Positions 1-8,372 are shown, counted from the stretch's first letter. The stretch is DNA of 11,695 nt from Candidatus Krumholzibacteriia bacterium (GCA_036351155.1 JAZBOO010000013.1:1-11695), one strand, 5' to 3'. Numbers and translations are program-made. The notes: generated by a model not told the origin, from the letters alone.

Positions 1-2
1 GC

Positions 3-98
3 GCCATGCTGGAGATGGCCCACGGCGAGATCGAAAACTACCGCAAGCACTCGGACTGGTTCGGCTACGTCTTCTACCTGATGCGCAGGGCGGACTGA
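3..98 (+). CDS. 3' end of a probable class I SAM-dependent methyltransferase (partial, starts before the window)
   Basis: Frame from nt 3 reads AMLEMAHGEIENYRKHSDWFGYVFYLMRRAD*, stop TGA at 96-98, GC3-rich codons. The EI..YRK.SD..GYVFY tail resembles the C-terminus of a common SAM methyltransferase family (recognised from memory, only 31 aa visible). Confidence 0.65.
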   Translation, partial: AMLEMAHGEIENYRKHSDWFGYVFYLMRRAD

Positions 99-118
99 TC
101 GAGCCATCATCTTCAATA

Positions 119-152
119 GAAGCGCCGGGACCTGCGGTGGTCTCGGCGCTTC
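119..152 (+). terminator. Terminator-like hairpin after the methyltransferase
   Basis: GAAGCGCCGGGACC-tgcggt-GGTCTCGGCGCTTC: 14-bp stem with one G-U pair, 20 nt after the stop. No clear U-tract follows. Confidence 0.55.
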
Positions 153-395
153 CTCAAAAAACCACCTCAGTTTCCGAACGAGATTGGACGCAAGAAACCA
201 CCGCCTTCCTGCACCGCACCTATCCCGAGTTGGCCGAGGGCAACAAACCCTTAAGCGTCCAGATTCAGCGGGATCAGCGGCTGTAGGATTCAACCAAGGA
301 ATAGGGTTTGAGGTATGCTGAACCCGGAAGGGTCGCGCGAACCCTCCTGGTGAACAAATGAGCTATTCGGAAAGCGTCGTCACGCGCGCCTCGAT

Positions 396-1022
396 CTAGG
401 GCAGCACGATATTCCAGGCGATTTCGATCGAAATGACATGTTCGTATTCGAACCCGGCATCCGTGCCGAACCTGTACAGGTAGGGGCGGTACGTCAGCCC
501 CAGCGAAAATCGATCATTCAGCGCGTAGTTGATTGGAAACGCCAGGCCCAGGGAACTGCTGCTTAGCTTGATGGGATCGCGCGTCGGGGGCTCCCCTTCC
601 AGGTCATCGAAGTATTTGAGTTCCCACTGATTCGTGCTGTACGAAAGCCCGTAGCCGAAGGAGAAGCGCCCCTGGGTGTGATTGTTTGTCAGGTCGAGGG
701 CATAGGAGGTCATGAATTCATGCTCGCCCAACAAATCGACGGCTGCGGGCACGGGCACGGGGAAGTCCGTGGCGACGCTGGCGGCCAGACCCAGGAACTG
801 CGAATGCGAGTGACGAACCAGCAACTCGACGCCCAGGCCCCAGAAGCCGGTGTTGACCTTGGCATCGGGTTCGCCGTTCGGCTGCAGGTAGAAGTTATTG
901 ATATAGGGTACGGAAAGTCGAAGAACTCGAGCATTCGAGGACTGCGCGAACGCAGAAGAGGCCAAGGAGATCAACAAAATCGCCACGACAAGCGCGATTC
1001 CAGTGCCAGGTCGCTGTCGCAT
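396..1022 (-). CDS. Exported hypothetical protein, predicted outer-membrane beta-barrel (208 aa)
   Basis: Start moved from 1139 to ATG 1022 (MRQRPGTG...), which has a GGAG RBS and opens a signal peptide ending SAFA-Q. The mature part has alternating amphipathic strands (FSFGYGLSYS, FSLGLTYRP, HVISIEIAWNI). Confidence 0.7.
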   Translation of the reverse strand: MRQRPGTGIALVVAILLISLASSAFAQSSNARVLRLSVPYINNFYLQPNGEPDAKVNTGFWGLGVELLVRHSHSQFLGLAASVATDFPVPVPAAVDLLGEHEFMTSYALDLTNNHTQGRFSFGYGLSYSTNQWELKYFDDLEGEPPTRDPIKLSSSSLGLAFPINYALNDRFSLGLTYRPYLYRFGTDAGFEYEHVISIEIAWNIVLP

Positions 1023-1080
1023 ATCTGAATCTCCAGACTGCTTGATGCATGGGAGCCTCTTCCCTGCCGATCGTTGAATG

Positions 1081-1109
1081 AGAGTATCGAATTTGTAGAC
1101 CCCAAGCAA
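1081..1109 (-). promoter_or_regulatory. Putative sigma70 promoter for the beta-barrel gene
   Basis: Minus strand TTGCTT (1109-1104) - 17 nt - TACTCT (1086-1081), about 60 nt upstream of ATG 1022. Also supports the shorter start. Confidence 0.5.
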
Positions 1110-1248
1110 ACACCGACAGGTCCATCTACCGGGAAGCATGCAACGAGGCCATCACCTGCCCAATCCTGGTTTTTTGATTATCCTGACCTGATCCGGGGCC
1201 GGCTCTGAAACCGGCATCGATCCCTATATTATCTTCAAGGAGTCAAGC

Positions 1249-1455
1249 ATGTCCGACAGTGTCTACAAGCACATCCAGTTGACCGGAACGTCCAGCACCA
1301 GCATGGAGGACGCGATCAGCACGGCGATCGCCAAGGCCCACCAGACCGTCCACAACATGAGGTGGTTCGAGGTCCTCGAGACGCGGGGGCAAATCGACGA
1401 CGGAAAGGTCAACCAGTGGCAGACCACCATCCGGGTGGGCTTCACCCTGGATTGA
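1249..1455 (+). CDS. Dodecin (flavin-binding/storage protein), 68 aa
   Basis: Typical dodecin sequence VYKHIQLTGTS.TSMEDAI..AI.KA..TV.NMRWFEV.ETRG.I.DGKV..WQ...RVGFTLD; AAGGAG RBS at 1237-1242. Confidence 0.95.
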   Translation: MSDSVYKHIQLTGTSSTSMEDAISTAIAKAHQTVHNMRWFEVLETRGQIDDGKVNQWQTTIRVGFTLD

Positions 1456-1517
1456 GATGTGCGGGTGCGCCAGCCTGCTGACAATTCCAGATGACCACTC
1501 AGAACAGCGCCTGCGCT

Positions 1518-1552
1518 TGCGCCCGGGACCGGCCGTTCCGATCCCGGGCGCA
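1518..1552. terminator. Hairpin between the convergent dodecin and metalloprotease genes, possibly a bidirectional terminator
   Basis: TGCGCCCGGGACCGG-ccgtt-CCGATCCCGGGCGCA: 15-bp stem. The single C-A mismatch on + is a G-U pair on -. TTCTTT follows on +. Confidence 0.6.
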
Positions 1553-1573
1553 TTCTTTCGGACATCCCTTTTT

Positions 1574-4500
1574 CTACTTCAGCAAGGTGGCCCTTCGGCT
1601 CGTGATACCGCTGGGCGTTTCCAGCCGGAACAGGTACACCCCGGAACCCACGCTCAGGCCACGACCGTCACGACCGTCCCAGCGGACTTCATGTCGACCC
1701 GAGGGGTAGGAGCCATCGGCCAGGAGCCGCACCCGGCGACCGGCAAGATTGTAGACGGCCAGCTGGACTTGGCCCGACCGAGGCAGATCGAACGACACCG
1801 TCGTGGCCGGATTGAACGGGTTGGGGAGCACGGACAGGGCCAGCAGGTCGGCCGCCGGCACGTCATCCACCGAAGAAGCGCTGTGGGCCATGGTGAACGA
1901 CTGAATCGGCGAATACTCCGTGGGGAGGGTGCCGTGCTCGGCCATGACACGCCAGTAGATGGTGAGGCCCGGTTCGTTGGGCTCGAACTCGATGAAGGCT
2001 TCCCCGATGTTGCCGCCCTCGGCCGCGATCTCTGCAAAGCTGGCGTCACGCGAGAGCTGCACGCGGTAGCTGATAGCGCCCGGAGCCGCGGCCCAGTCCA
2101 GCCGCACAGGCGACGTGACATTGGTGGCGCCGTTGGCCGGAGCCTGGGGTGCGGGCACGGCCAGATCGTCGATCACCTCGAAGGTGGTCTCGGTCGACCC
2201 TTCCACCTGGAACACGTTGTAGACCACGAAACGCAGCGTGTGCTGGCCCACTGACAAGTTCTCCAGGTCAATGGTCGACCCGAAGCCCTGATAGACGTCG
2301 TCCAGGTACCAGGCCGTATTGCCCTCATCAATCTCGCCCTGAATGTCGGCGAACGTGCCCACAGCAGGCACTTTCGCCCCGGCCACATGCACCGAGCCGT
2401 CGGCCGGTTCCAGGATCATGGCCTGCGGGGCGGTGGGGTCGACGGAGCCCGAAACGAACTCAGAGTACACGCGGTCGAAACCGTCACTGGCCTCCACGAT
2501 GAAAGTCCAGTCGCCACCCCCGGGCAAAGAACCCAGGTCCAGGTGGTGGAATGTCGTGGTCAGACCCATGGCCAGGGTGAACAGCTCGTTGTCGGCGCCG
2601 TGCAAACCGAAGATGCGGTAGGTGAGCGAATCGCCGTCCGGGTCGACGCTGCCCCAGGTCAGGGTGAGCGTACCCTGGTTCGGCAACTGGAAGCCCGGCA
2701 TCGGCGAGGTGACTTCCACGACGGGAGGATTGGCGCTGCGTTGCCAGGTCTGGGTCACGACCCCGTTCTCGCGCAAACGCATCTCCGCCCACCCCACGGG
2801 CAGGGTGATGGCTTCGGCGAACAGGCCGCCGTAGTCCTGGACATCCTGCATCCCGATGCGCTGGGGTGAACTCGTGGAGAGCAGGCCGTTGTTGGCGTCG
2901 TAGAATGCGATCTCGTACTGGCCGTCGCCCTGGTCCTGGCCCTGGTCCGGAACGTACGAGGCGAAGAAGGGCGCCAGGTCCAGCTGACCGTTCTGGTCGA
3001 TGCGGCCACGGAACGCGACGTAGTCCAGGTCGGCCAGGGTGGCCGGCGGGCTCAGGATTTCCGGCAGTCCCTGCTTTCGCACCGTGACCTCGGGCGAACC
3101 CAGGTTCTCGGCCGTCAGGTTCCAGGAATAGCGCGACACCCACTGGTTGCCGCCGTACGACATGAAATCGTGGCGCCGGTTGTCGCCGATGGTGGGAACT
3201 TCGGGCGGATACAGCCGCAGGGTGTAGACATCCAGACCCCAGGAATCATCCTCCACCTGGCCGTGCCAGCCGGGGTACTCGGTGTCGTAGCCGCCGCCTC
3301 CGGCTTCGCCGTGTCCGTTGCCGGCATGGGCCGCGCCGATGGCATGGTTCAATTCGTGTGCGGCGGTGTAGGGCGGAGCGCCGCAGGCCGCCGAGCGCAG
3401 GAAGGGTGAGTTCAGGTGCGCGTGGCCCGAACAGTTGGGACCACCGCCCCAGAACAGGAAGGCGTAGAAGTCGTTGGGCGGCGCGGCGCGCAGTTCACCA
3501 CCGGGTAGATAGTTTTCGATCATGAACGCATCCTGGCCGTCGTTCCAGTCGTCCTGGTGACCGGACCAGTCGACGTAACGCCAGGGCATGAGACGCACGC
3601 CCCGCGAACCGTCGGCCACCGGGAGGAGGTCGTGCAGGGATCGCACCGTGTTGGCGAGATGCACCAGGGTGGGGCGCGGCACCAGATCCGTGGATCCATC
3701 ATCCTTTTCCACTTCGCACTCCATGAGGTGCGGCCGGAATTTCAGGCCGAAGGCGTCCTGACGCCCCACATGGCGGAACCGGTTGTCATTGAGGTAAATG
3801 GTGTTGTCGTCAAAGCACGAGGGGCATTCCGGCGCACGGCCGGGTTCGTCAGGATTGATGGTCACCACCAGGTTGAAACTGCCCTCGGTCTCGCCGACTG
3901 CCAGGCGCGTGGCTTCCTGTGGCAGCACGAAGTTCCAGGTGCGTCGCAAATCGGAGCGAAGATCGTCCATGGTGGCATCGGACCGGATGATCGGCAACCG
4001 GGGAGTCTCTGCCTCATACGGGCCATAGGACGTGCCGTTCACCGAGAGCCAGAGATACGCTTTGACGCCGAAGGCTGTCGTGAAATCAGGACCACCCTGG
4101 GCCCAGGGGTACACACGCACCACGGTGCGTCGATTGGCCACGTGCATGATCTCCTCGCTGGGCAGCACAAGGTCTTCGGCCGGCGGCGTGCGCGTGGGAA
4201 TATCGCCGCGCACACCCTGGGTGATCTCCACCGCCCATGGCTGCAGGTTGAACTCGCTGCCGGTCAGTTCGCCGCTGTCCACGGTGATCCGCACGGTGTT
4301 GGTGCGCTCCTCCAGGTCGCCCTGGTCGCAGGCCGCGCAGATGTCGACATCGTGCCCGCCGAAGCTGAGATCCGATGGGGTGGGCCAGAAGAACGTCAGG
4401 TTTCCTCCCGGCAGGATGTCGATGTCCAGCACGGGTGCGCCGTCGACGTTGATGGTGCCCTCGTAGCCACCGGGCTCGAAGCCGTCATAGGTCACCAGCA

Positions 4501-4636
4501 CGAGGTCGCCGGGTGCGAAGGTGGTGGGTTCGATCACCAGGGTGGGGGTCGCCAGGGCCGTGGTGGCCAAAACCGTGGTGGCCAGGACCAGCAGCAGAGC
4601 CACCTGTTCAACTAGCCTGGAAATTCGCCTTTTCAT
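1574..4636 (-). CDS. Secreted zinc metalloprotease (metzincin type, M66-like) with Ig/FN3-like modules and a C-terminal FlgD-Ig/T9SS type A-like sorting domain, 1020 aa
   Basis: Signal peptide ending TALA-TP. HELNHAIGAAH matches HExxHxxGxxH (residues 427-437, nt 3358-3326). Met-turn-like HDFMSYG (M492). Ig/FN3-like beta-rich segments (PPVVEVTSP..LTW...DPDGDSLTY; P.NGATNV..PV.LDW....GA.SYRVQLS). C-terminal PNPFNPATTVSFDL...VYNLAGRRVR.L...WDGRD..G..VGSGVY..RL. Confidence 0.85.
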   Translation of the reverse strand: MKRRISRLVEQVALLLVLATTVLATTALATPTLVIEPTTFAPGDLVLVTYDGFEPGGYEGTINVDGAPVLDIDILPGGNLTFFWPTPSDLSFGGHDVDICAACDQGDLEERTNTVRITVDSGELTGSEFNLQPWAVEITQGVRGDIPTRTPPAEDLVLPSEEIMHVANRRTVVRVYPWAQGGPDFTTAFGVKAYLWLSVNGTSYGPYEAETPRLPIIRSDATMDDLRSDLRRTWNFVLPQEATRLAVGETEGSFNLVVTINPDEPGRAPECPSCFDDNTIYLNDNRFRHVGRQDAFGLKFRPHLMECEVEKDDGSTDLVPRPTLVHLANTVRSLHDLLPVADGSRGVRLMPWRYVDWSGHQDDWNDGQDAFMIENYLPGGELRAAPPNDFYAFLFWGGGPNCSGHAHLNSPFLRSAACGAPPYTAAHELNHAIGAAHAGNGHGEAGGGGYDTEYPGWHGQVEDDSWGLDVYTLRLYPPEVPTIGDNRRHDFMSYGGNQWVSRYSWNLTAENLGSPEVTVRKQGLPEILSPPATLADLDYVAFRGRIDQNGQLDLAPFFASYVPDQGQDQGDGQYEIAFYDANNGLLSTSSPQRIGMQDVQDYGGLFAEAITLPVGWAEMRLRENGVVTQTWQRSANPPVVEVTSPMPGFQLPNQGTLTLTWGSVDPDGDSLTYRIFGLHGADNELFTLAMGLTTTFHHLDLGSLPGGGDWTFIVEASDGFDRVYSEFVSGSVDPTAPQAMILEPADGSVHVAGAKVPAVGTFADIQGEIDEGNTAWYLDDVYQGFGSTIDLENLSVGQHTLRFVVYNVFQVEGSTETTFEVIDDLAVPAPQAPANGATNVTSPVRLDWAAAPGAISYRVQLSRDASFAEIAAEGGNIGEAFIEFEPNEPGLTIYWRVMAEHGTLPTEYSPIQSFTMAHSASSVDDVPAADLLALSVLPNPFNPATTVSFDLPRSGQVQLAVYNLAGRRVRLLADGSYPSGRHEVRWDGRDGRGLSVGSGVYLFRLETPSGITSRRATLLK

Positions 4637-4740
4637 GATCTACCTGCTTCCGGACCGGGTCCGTTTTGAGTCGAGTTGTCAGGGCTTGTCTTGAAAGGGG
4701 TATACGAGAAACAGGTGGGGATCCGGAAAGGTTGGCCAGA

Positions 4741-4762
4741 CTTTTCCAATCAGTTGGAAAAG
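4741..4762. repeat. Inverted repeat CTTTTCCAA-tcag-TTGGAAAAG with perfect 9-bp arms
   Basis: Seen directly. A related copy, TTTTCCAACTAGCTGGAAAGGC, is at 11294-11315 (18/22 identical to 4742-4763). Confidence 0.75.
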
Positions 4763-4863
4763 CACGCCCATGCGCTGGGCGTCCAGGCTGTATTGTAACT
4801 GGCATAAATGACAAGCAGTTAAAGGATGAGGCACGAAATCTCCATTTCACCGGATATTTTCCC

Positions 4864-4903
4864 TTGCGGTGTCGTATAGGTTTTGTATATTAATTTCTAT
4901 ACA
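4864..4903 (+). promoter_or_regulatory. Putative promoter/operator of the fasciclin gene: 11-bp tandem repeats overlapping a sigma70-like promoter
   Basis: GGTGTCGTATA/GGTTTTGTATA (4868-4878/4879-4889, 9/11 identical); dyad TGTATA-N8-TATACA (4884-4903); TTGCGG (4864-4869) - 16 nt - TATATT (4886-4891). Confidence 0.5.
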
Positions 4904-4975
4904 GCGAGGCCGCTGTTTGTATCAGAAAAACTAGCTCTGTCCATATGGCAGATAAAAATAACTGGAGAGTTAAAA

Positions 4976-6025
4976 ATGAAGAACTTAATCCTGACTTTCG
5001 TGGCCCTGAGCGCTCTGTTCGCTCTGGCCGGTTGCAGTGAAGACAGCAATCCCATGTCCACCAGTGCCGACAAGATCAGCACCAACGACGAACGCACCAC
5101 TCTGGTTGATGTGGCGGTTGCGGTGAACGCCGAAACCGGTGAGTTCTCCACCCTGATTGCAGCCGTTCTGGCCACCGGGCTGGACGGCATCCTGACGGAA
5201 AACAGTCAGAAGACCGTCTTTGCTCCCACGGATGCGGCCTTCGCGGCCCTGGATCTGAATGCCGAAAACATCGGTGAGCTGGATACCGCCACCTTGACCG
5301 AAATCCTGAGCTACCACGTGGCCAAGGGCCGCCAAGCTGCTGAAGATGTCGTCCGCAGTGAGCAGATCCGCATGCTGAACCTCGAGTTCACTTCCATCAG
5401 TTTGATGGGCAATGACGCATACATCAACAACGCGATGATCCAGCAGACTGATGTTTTTGCCGACAACGGCGTGATTCACGTCATCGACACGGTGCTCATG
5501 CCCGGCCAGAATAATGGGTCTGACGAAATGGATGGTGACTGGATCAGCTTCAGGGACGAGCGCATTAGCCTGGTCGATATGGCCGTGGCTGTGAATGCCG
5601 AGACCGGTGAGTTCTCCACCTTGATCGCCGCCGTACTGGCCACCGGGCTGGACGTAATTCTGAGTGGCAACGGCCAGAAAACCGTCTTTGCTCCCACGGA
5701 TGCGGCCTTCGCGGCCCTGGATCTGAACGCCGACAACATCGGTGAGATGGATACCGCCGCTTTGACCGAAATTCTGAGCTACCACGTGGCCAAGGGCCGC
5801 CGGGCTGCCGAAGATGTCGTTCGCAGCGAGCAGATCCGCATGCTGAACCTGGACTTCACCTCCATCAGTGTGACTGAAGATGGGGCCTTCATTGATGGTG
5901 CCAGGATCGTGCAGACCGATGTCTTCGCCGACAATGGAGTGATCCACGTGATCAATTCCGTCCTTTTGCCTGGTCAGGAAGGATCTTCTTCTCCCAGCAC
6001 CCGCCTGGTAGCTGCAACCCGCTAA
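4976..6025 (+). CDS. Fasciclin (FAS1) domain lipoprotein with two tandem FAS1 domains, 349 aa
   Basis: Start moved to ATG 4976, preceded by GGAG. Lipobox LAGC (Cys20). Each domain has the FAS1 motifs TVFAPTDAAF, ILSYHV and D..ADNGVIHVI..VL.P. Confidence 0.93.
   Translation: MKNLILTFVALSALFALAGCSEDSNPMSTSADKISTNDERTTLVDVAVAVNAETGEFSTLIAAVLATGLDGILTENSQKTVFAPTDAAFAALDLNAENIGELDTATLTEILSYHVAKGRQAAEDVVRSEQIRMLNLEFTSISLMGNDAYINNAMIQQTDVFADNGVIHVIDTVLMPGQNNGSDEMDGDWISFRDERISLVDMAVAVNAETGEFSTLIAAVLATGLDVILSGNGQKTVFAPTDAAFAALDLNADNIGEMDTAALTEILSYHVAKGRRAAEDVVRSEQIRMLNLDFTSISVTEDGAFIDGARIVQTDVFADNGVIHVINSVLLPGQEGSSSPSTRLVAATR
5090..5976 (+). repeat. Intragenic tandem duplication, 468-bp period (about 5090-5508 and 5558-5976)
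   Basis: ACCGGTGAGTTCTCCACC at 5135 and 5603; 47-bp identical block at 5213-5259 and 5681-5727; constant offset of 468 nt (156 codons). Confidence 0.92.
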
Positions 6026-6042
6026 GAGCCTGGTGATTTACC

Positions 6043-6080
6043 AAGGGGCTGGACTCACGTCCGGCCCCTTTTTCTTTTTT
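6043..6080 (+). terminator. Rho-independent terminator of the fasciclin gene
   Basis: AAGGGGCTGGAC-tcac-GTCCGGCCCCTT (12-bp stem, one U-G pair) followed by TTTCTTTTTT, 17 nt after the stop. Confidence 0.88.
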
Positions 6081-6088
6081 CCCGGCCG

Positions 6089-6145
6089 GTCCCTGCCAAA
6101 ATGTCCCTCCTCCAACAATTCCGGCAAAAAACGCCCACCTCAGGT
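6089..6145 (+). repeat. Degenerate 57-bp direct repeat, copy 1 (copy 2 at 11203-11259)
   Basis: Ungapped manual alignment gives 42/57 identity, with an identical core CCAACAATTCCG followed by nCAAAAAnnGCCCAnCT. Confidence 0.7.
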
Positions 6146-6150
6146 GAACA

Positions 6151-8325
6151 TCAATCTGCGAGCGCTTCGCGTATCTTCGCCGCCAGTTCCTGCTTCGAGA
6201 ACGGCTTCTGAATGAAAAAGACTCCCTCGTCCAGCACCCCGTGGTGGGCAATCACGTTGGCCGTGTAACCTGACATGAAGAGCCGCTTGAGTTCCGGTAA
6301 ATGGTCAAACAGGGTGGCGGCCAGATCCTTCCCGTTCATGCCGGGCATCACCACGTCAGTCAGCAGCAGATCAATGGTGCTCTCATGGTTCTGGGCTATT
6401 TCCATGGCCTCGGCGGGTGATCCGGCCTTCAGCACGGTGTAGCCAAGACGGCCCAGCATGGTCGAAGTGATTTTCAGCAGGGTCGGTTCATCCTCCACCA
6501 GAAGAATGGTCTCCTGCCCGGTCTGGACCTGGGCAGAGGCAGGAATGGCGCTCTTGCTAGCCAGGTCACCCTCATGGCGAGGCAGGTACACCTTGAAGGT
6601 GGTTCCCTTGCCTATCTCGCTGTAGACGTTGATGAAGCCGTTGTTCTGCTTGACGATGCCGTAGACGGTGGCCAAACCCAGTCCTGTGCCTTTGCCCACA
6701 TCCTTGGTGGTGAAGAACGGTTCGAACAGATTGGCCAGTGTTTCGCGCTCCATGCCCCGACCATCGTCGCTGAGCGACAGCTCCACGAAATGGCCAGGTG
6801 AAGTCACCGGGTGGGTGGCGCAGTAGGTCTCGTCGAAGACCTTGTTGGCCGTCTCGATGGTCACCCGCCCCACACCCTCGATGGCGTCCCGGGAGTTGAC
6901 ACAGAGGTTGGCCAGGATCTGGTCGATCTGGCTGGGGTCCATCTTGACCCGCCACAGACCCTCACCCGGAAGCCAGGTGAGCTCGATGTCCTCACCAATG
7001 AGGCGTCCCAGCATCTTGAGCATGCCGGCCACCGCTTCGTTCAGATCCACGACCTTGGGAGCGATGGTCTGCTGGCGGGCAAAGGCGAGAAGTTGCCGGG
7101 TGAGATCCGTGGATCTCTGGGCGGCCCGCCGAATCTCCTTGAGTTCCGCGTGCAGAGGCTGATCAGCAGAGACCGCATCCAGCGCCAGATCGGCATTGCC
7201 GATGACCACCCCAAGCATGTTGTTGAAGTCGTGGGCCACTCCGCCGGCCAGCCGGCCCACCGATTCCATCTTCTGGGCCTGGCGAAGCTGTTCCTCGAGC
7301 TTGGCCTTTTCTTCTTCGTACCGCTTGCGTTCGGAAATGTCTATGAAGGTCACCAAGATGCTCTGCAGATTGCCGCCCGGTCCGAATTCAGGGTAAGCGT
7401 TGACGCTGGCCCAGGCACGGTCACCGTTTGGGGGCCGATCCACACCTATGACCTTTTCCCGCAATGGCTTAAGATTGGAGAGCACCCAGTTGGCGGGAAA
7501 CTCATCGTGAGGCATTTCCGTGCCGTCTTCCCTGAGGAAACGCCAGCCCGGATCCAGGGCCGTGGTTCCGCGCATCTGCCCCTGGGACAGGCCAAGGATA
7601 CGGGTGGCCTCCTGGTTGGCGTACTCGATCCTGGTGTCTGGCCCGTGGGCCACCACCCCGATCAGTATGTTCTCCAGTACTCGCCGGTGCCTGGCCTCGC
7701 TTTCCCGAAGGGCGTCTTCGGCCTGACGCAGGTCCTTGATCAGCCTCGTCTGCTGCAGATTCTGATATGCGCTGGCCGAAAGGTGATTGGCCATCGTGTA
7801 CAGGACCTGGGCAACATTGCCGAACTGCTGCCGGCTCATGGAAGGAACTTCCTTGAAGGCCTGAACAGTCTCCTCCTCGTCGGCCCCGATTTCCCGAGCG
7901 TACACACGCATTTTATCTTCGGTCTGGGTTTCATCGCGGACCTGGCCGATCAGCCAGTTGGCCACGTGCTTGCCTCCCACCGTGATCCCCGCCCCTGCAT
8001 CCCAGAGCCCACCGCTGATGCAGGGCTGGATGACCGGCCCGTCAGGTGAAGGGCGGCCAATCACAGCGTCGGATTTAAAACAGTTGACCTGCCCTTTTTC
8101 GGTCCGCCGGATCACATCCTTGCAAAGGCGGCAAAAGCGGCTGGGCTCGGTAAGGGGAGAACCATCGGGATGAGTGATGATGGAAGCCACGCCGGTGGCG
8201 GCGGCAAACTCGTCCTGGAGTCGCTGGATGTCTGCCAGATCGAACAGGTCGCCAAAGGTGACCTCGGAGATCGTTGCAAGAACATGCTGCTGGTCCAGAG
8301 TTGAACCGCCTTTTTTTGATGTCAC
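6151..8325 (-). CDS. Cytoplasmic hybrid sensor histidine kinase/response regulator: PocR-PAS-HisKA-HATPase_c-REC, 724 aa
   Basis: PocR domain ([15 protein letters not shown]...FCRLC...C.KSD...[23 protein letters not shown]); PAS; H-box [13 protein letters not shown]-box [10 protein letters not shown]-boxes [29 protein letters not shown]...[13 protein letters not shown]...KPF. GTG start is somewhat uncertain. Confidence 0.95.
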   Translation of the reverse strand: MTSKKGGSTLDQQHVLATISEVTFGDLFDLADIQRLQDEFAAATGVASIITHPDGSPLTEPSRFCRLCKDVIRRTEKGQVNCFKSDAVIGRPSPDGPVIQPCISGGLWDAGAGITVGGKHVANWLIGQVRDETQTEDKMRVYAREIGADEEETVQAFKEVPSMSRQQFGNVAQVLYTMANHLSASAYQNLQQTRLIKDLRQAEDALRESEARHRRVLENILIGVVAHGPDTRIEYANQEATRILGLSQGQMRGTTALDPGWRFLREDGTEMPHDEFPANWVLSNLKPLREKVIGVDRPPNGDRAWASVNAYPEFGPGGNLQSILVTFIDISERKRYEEEKAKLEEQLRQAQKMESVGRLAGGVAHDFNNMLGVVIGNADLALDAVSADQPLHAELKEIRRAAQRSTDLTRQLLAFARQQTIAPKVVDLNEAVAGMLKMLGRLIGEDIELTWLPGEGLWRVKMDPSQIDQILANLCVNSRDAIEGVGRVTIETANKVFDETYCATHPVTSPGHFVELSLSDDGRGMERETLANLFEPFFTTKDVGKGTGLGLATVYGIVKQNNGFINVYSEIGKGTTFKVYLPRHEGDLASKSAIPASAQVQTGQETILLVEDEPTLLKITSTMLGRLGYTVLKAGSPAEAMEIAQNHESTIDLLLTDVVMPGMNGKDLAATLFDHLPELKRLFMSGYTANVIAHHGVLDEGVFFIQKPFSKQELAAKIREALAD

Positions 8326-8372
8326 GCCGCCGGCCTTTCAGAAAATGGAAACGGTGGCCCAAAGAGATTCAA

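Noticed and set aside
161..200. CAGTTTC-cgaac-GAGATTG-GACGCAAG, loosely like the P2 arm of a c-di-GMP-I (GEMM) riboswitch
   Set aside because: Lacks the GGCAAA motif, GNRA loop and second stem, and there is no downstream gene on the same strand.
137..286. Short + strand frame (...DWTQETTAFLHRTYPELAEG...*)
   Set aside because: The only plausible start (GTG 137) lies inside the terminator hairpin with no RBS, and there is no recognisable homology. At most a remnant.
324..350. Hairpin CCGGAAGGGT-N7-ACCCTCCTGG, considered as an integron attC site or terminator
   Set aside because: No paired RYYYAAC/GTTRRRY boxes, no second copy, no integrase, and no U-tract.
4558..4584. 15-bp period repeat encoding LATTV-LATTA in the signal peptide (similarly the DQGQDQG 12-bp repeat near 2927-2950)
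   Set aside because: Two-copy in-frame micro-duplications; no sign of phase variation or an array.
1457..4615. Long alternative-frame and antisense ORFs overlapping the metalloprotease (e.g. 1457-2254, 3557-4615)
   Set aside because: Shadow ORFs expected opposite a high-GC3 gene; no motifs.
4985..5947. 320-aa antisense ORF, and the 468-bp repeat considered as a CRISPR or DGR template/variable repeat
   Set aside because: Antisense shadow of the fasciclin gene. Differences between the repeats are not adenine-specific, both copies are coding, and no reverse transcriptase or cas gene is present.
6811..8049. 412-aa + strand ORF opposite the kinase (likewise 9612-10943 opposite S41/TetR)
   Set aside because: Antisense shadows of well-supported genes.
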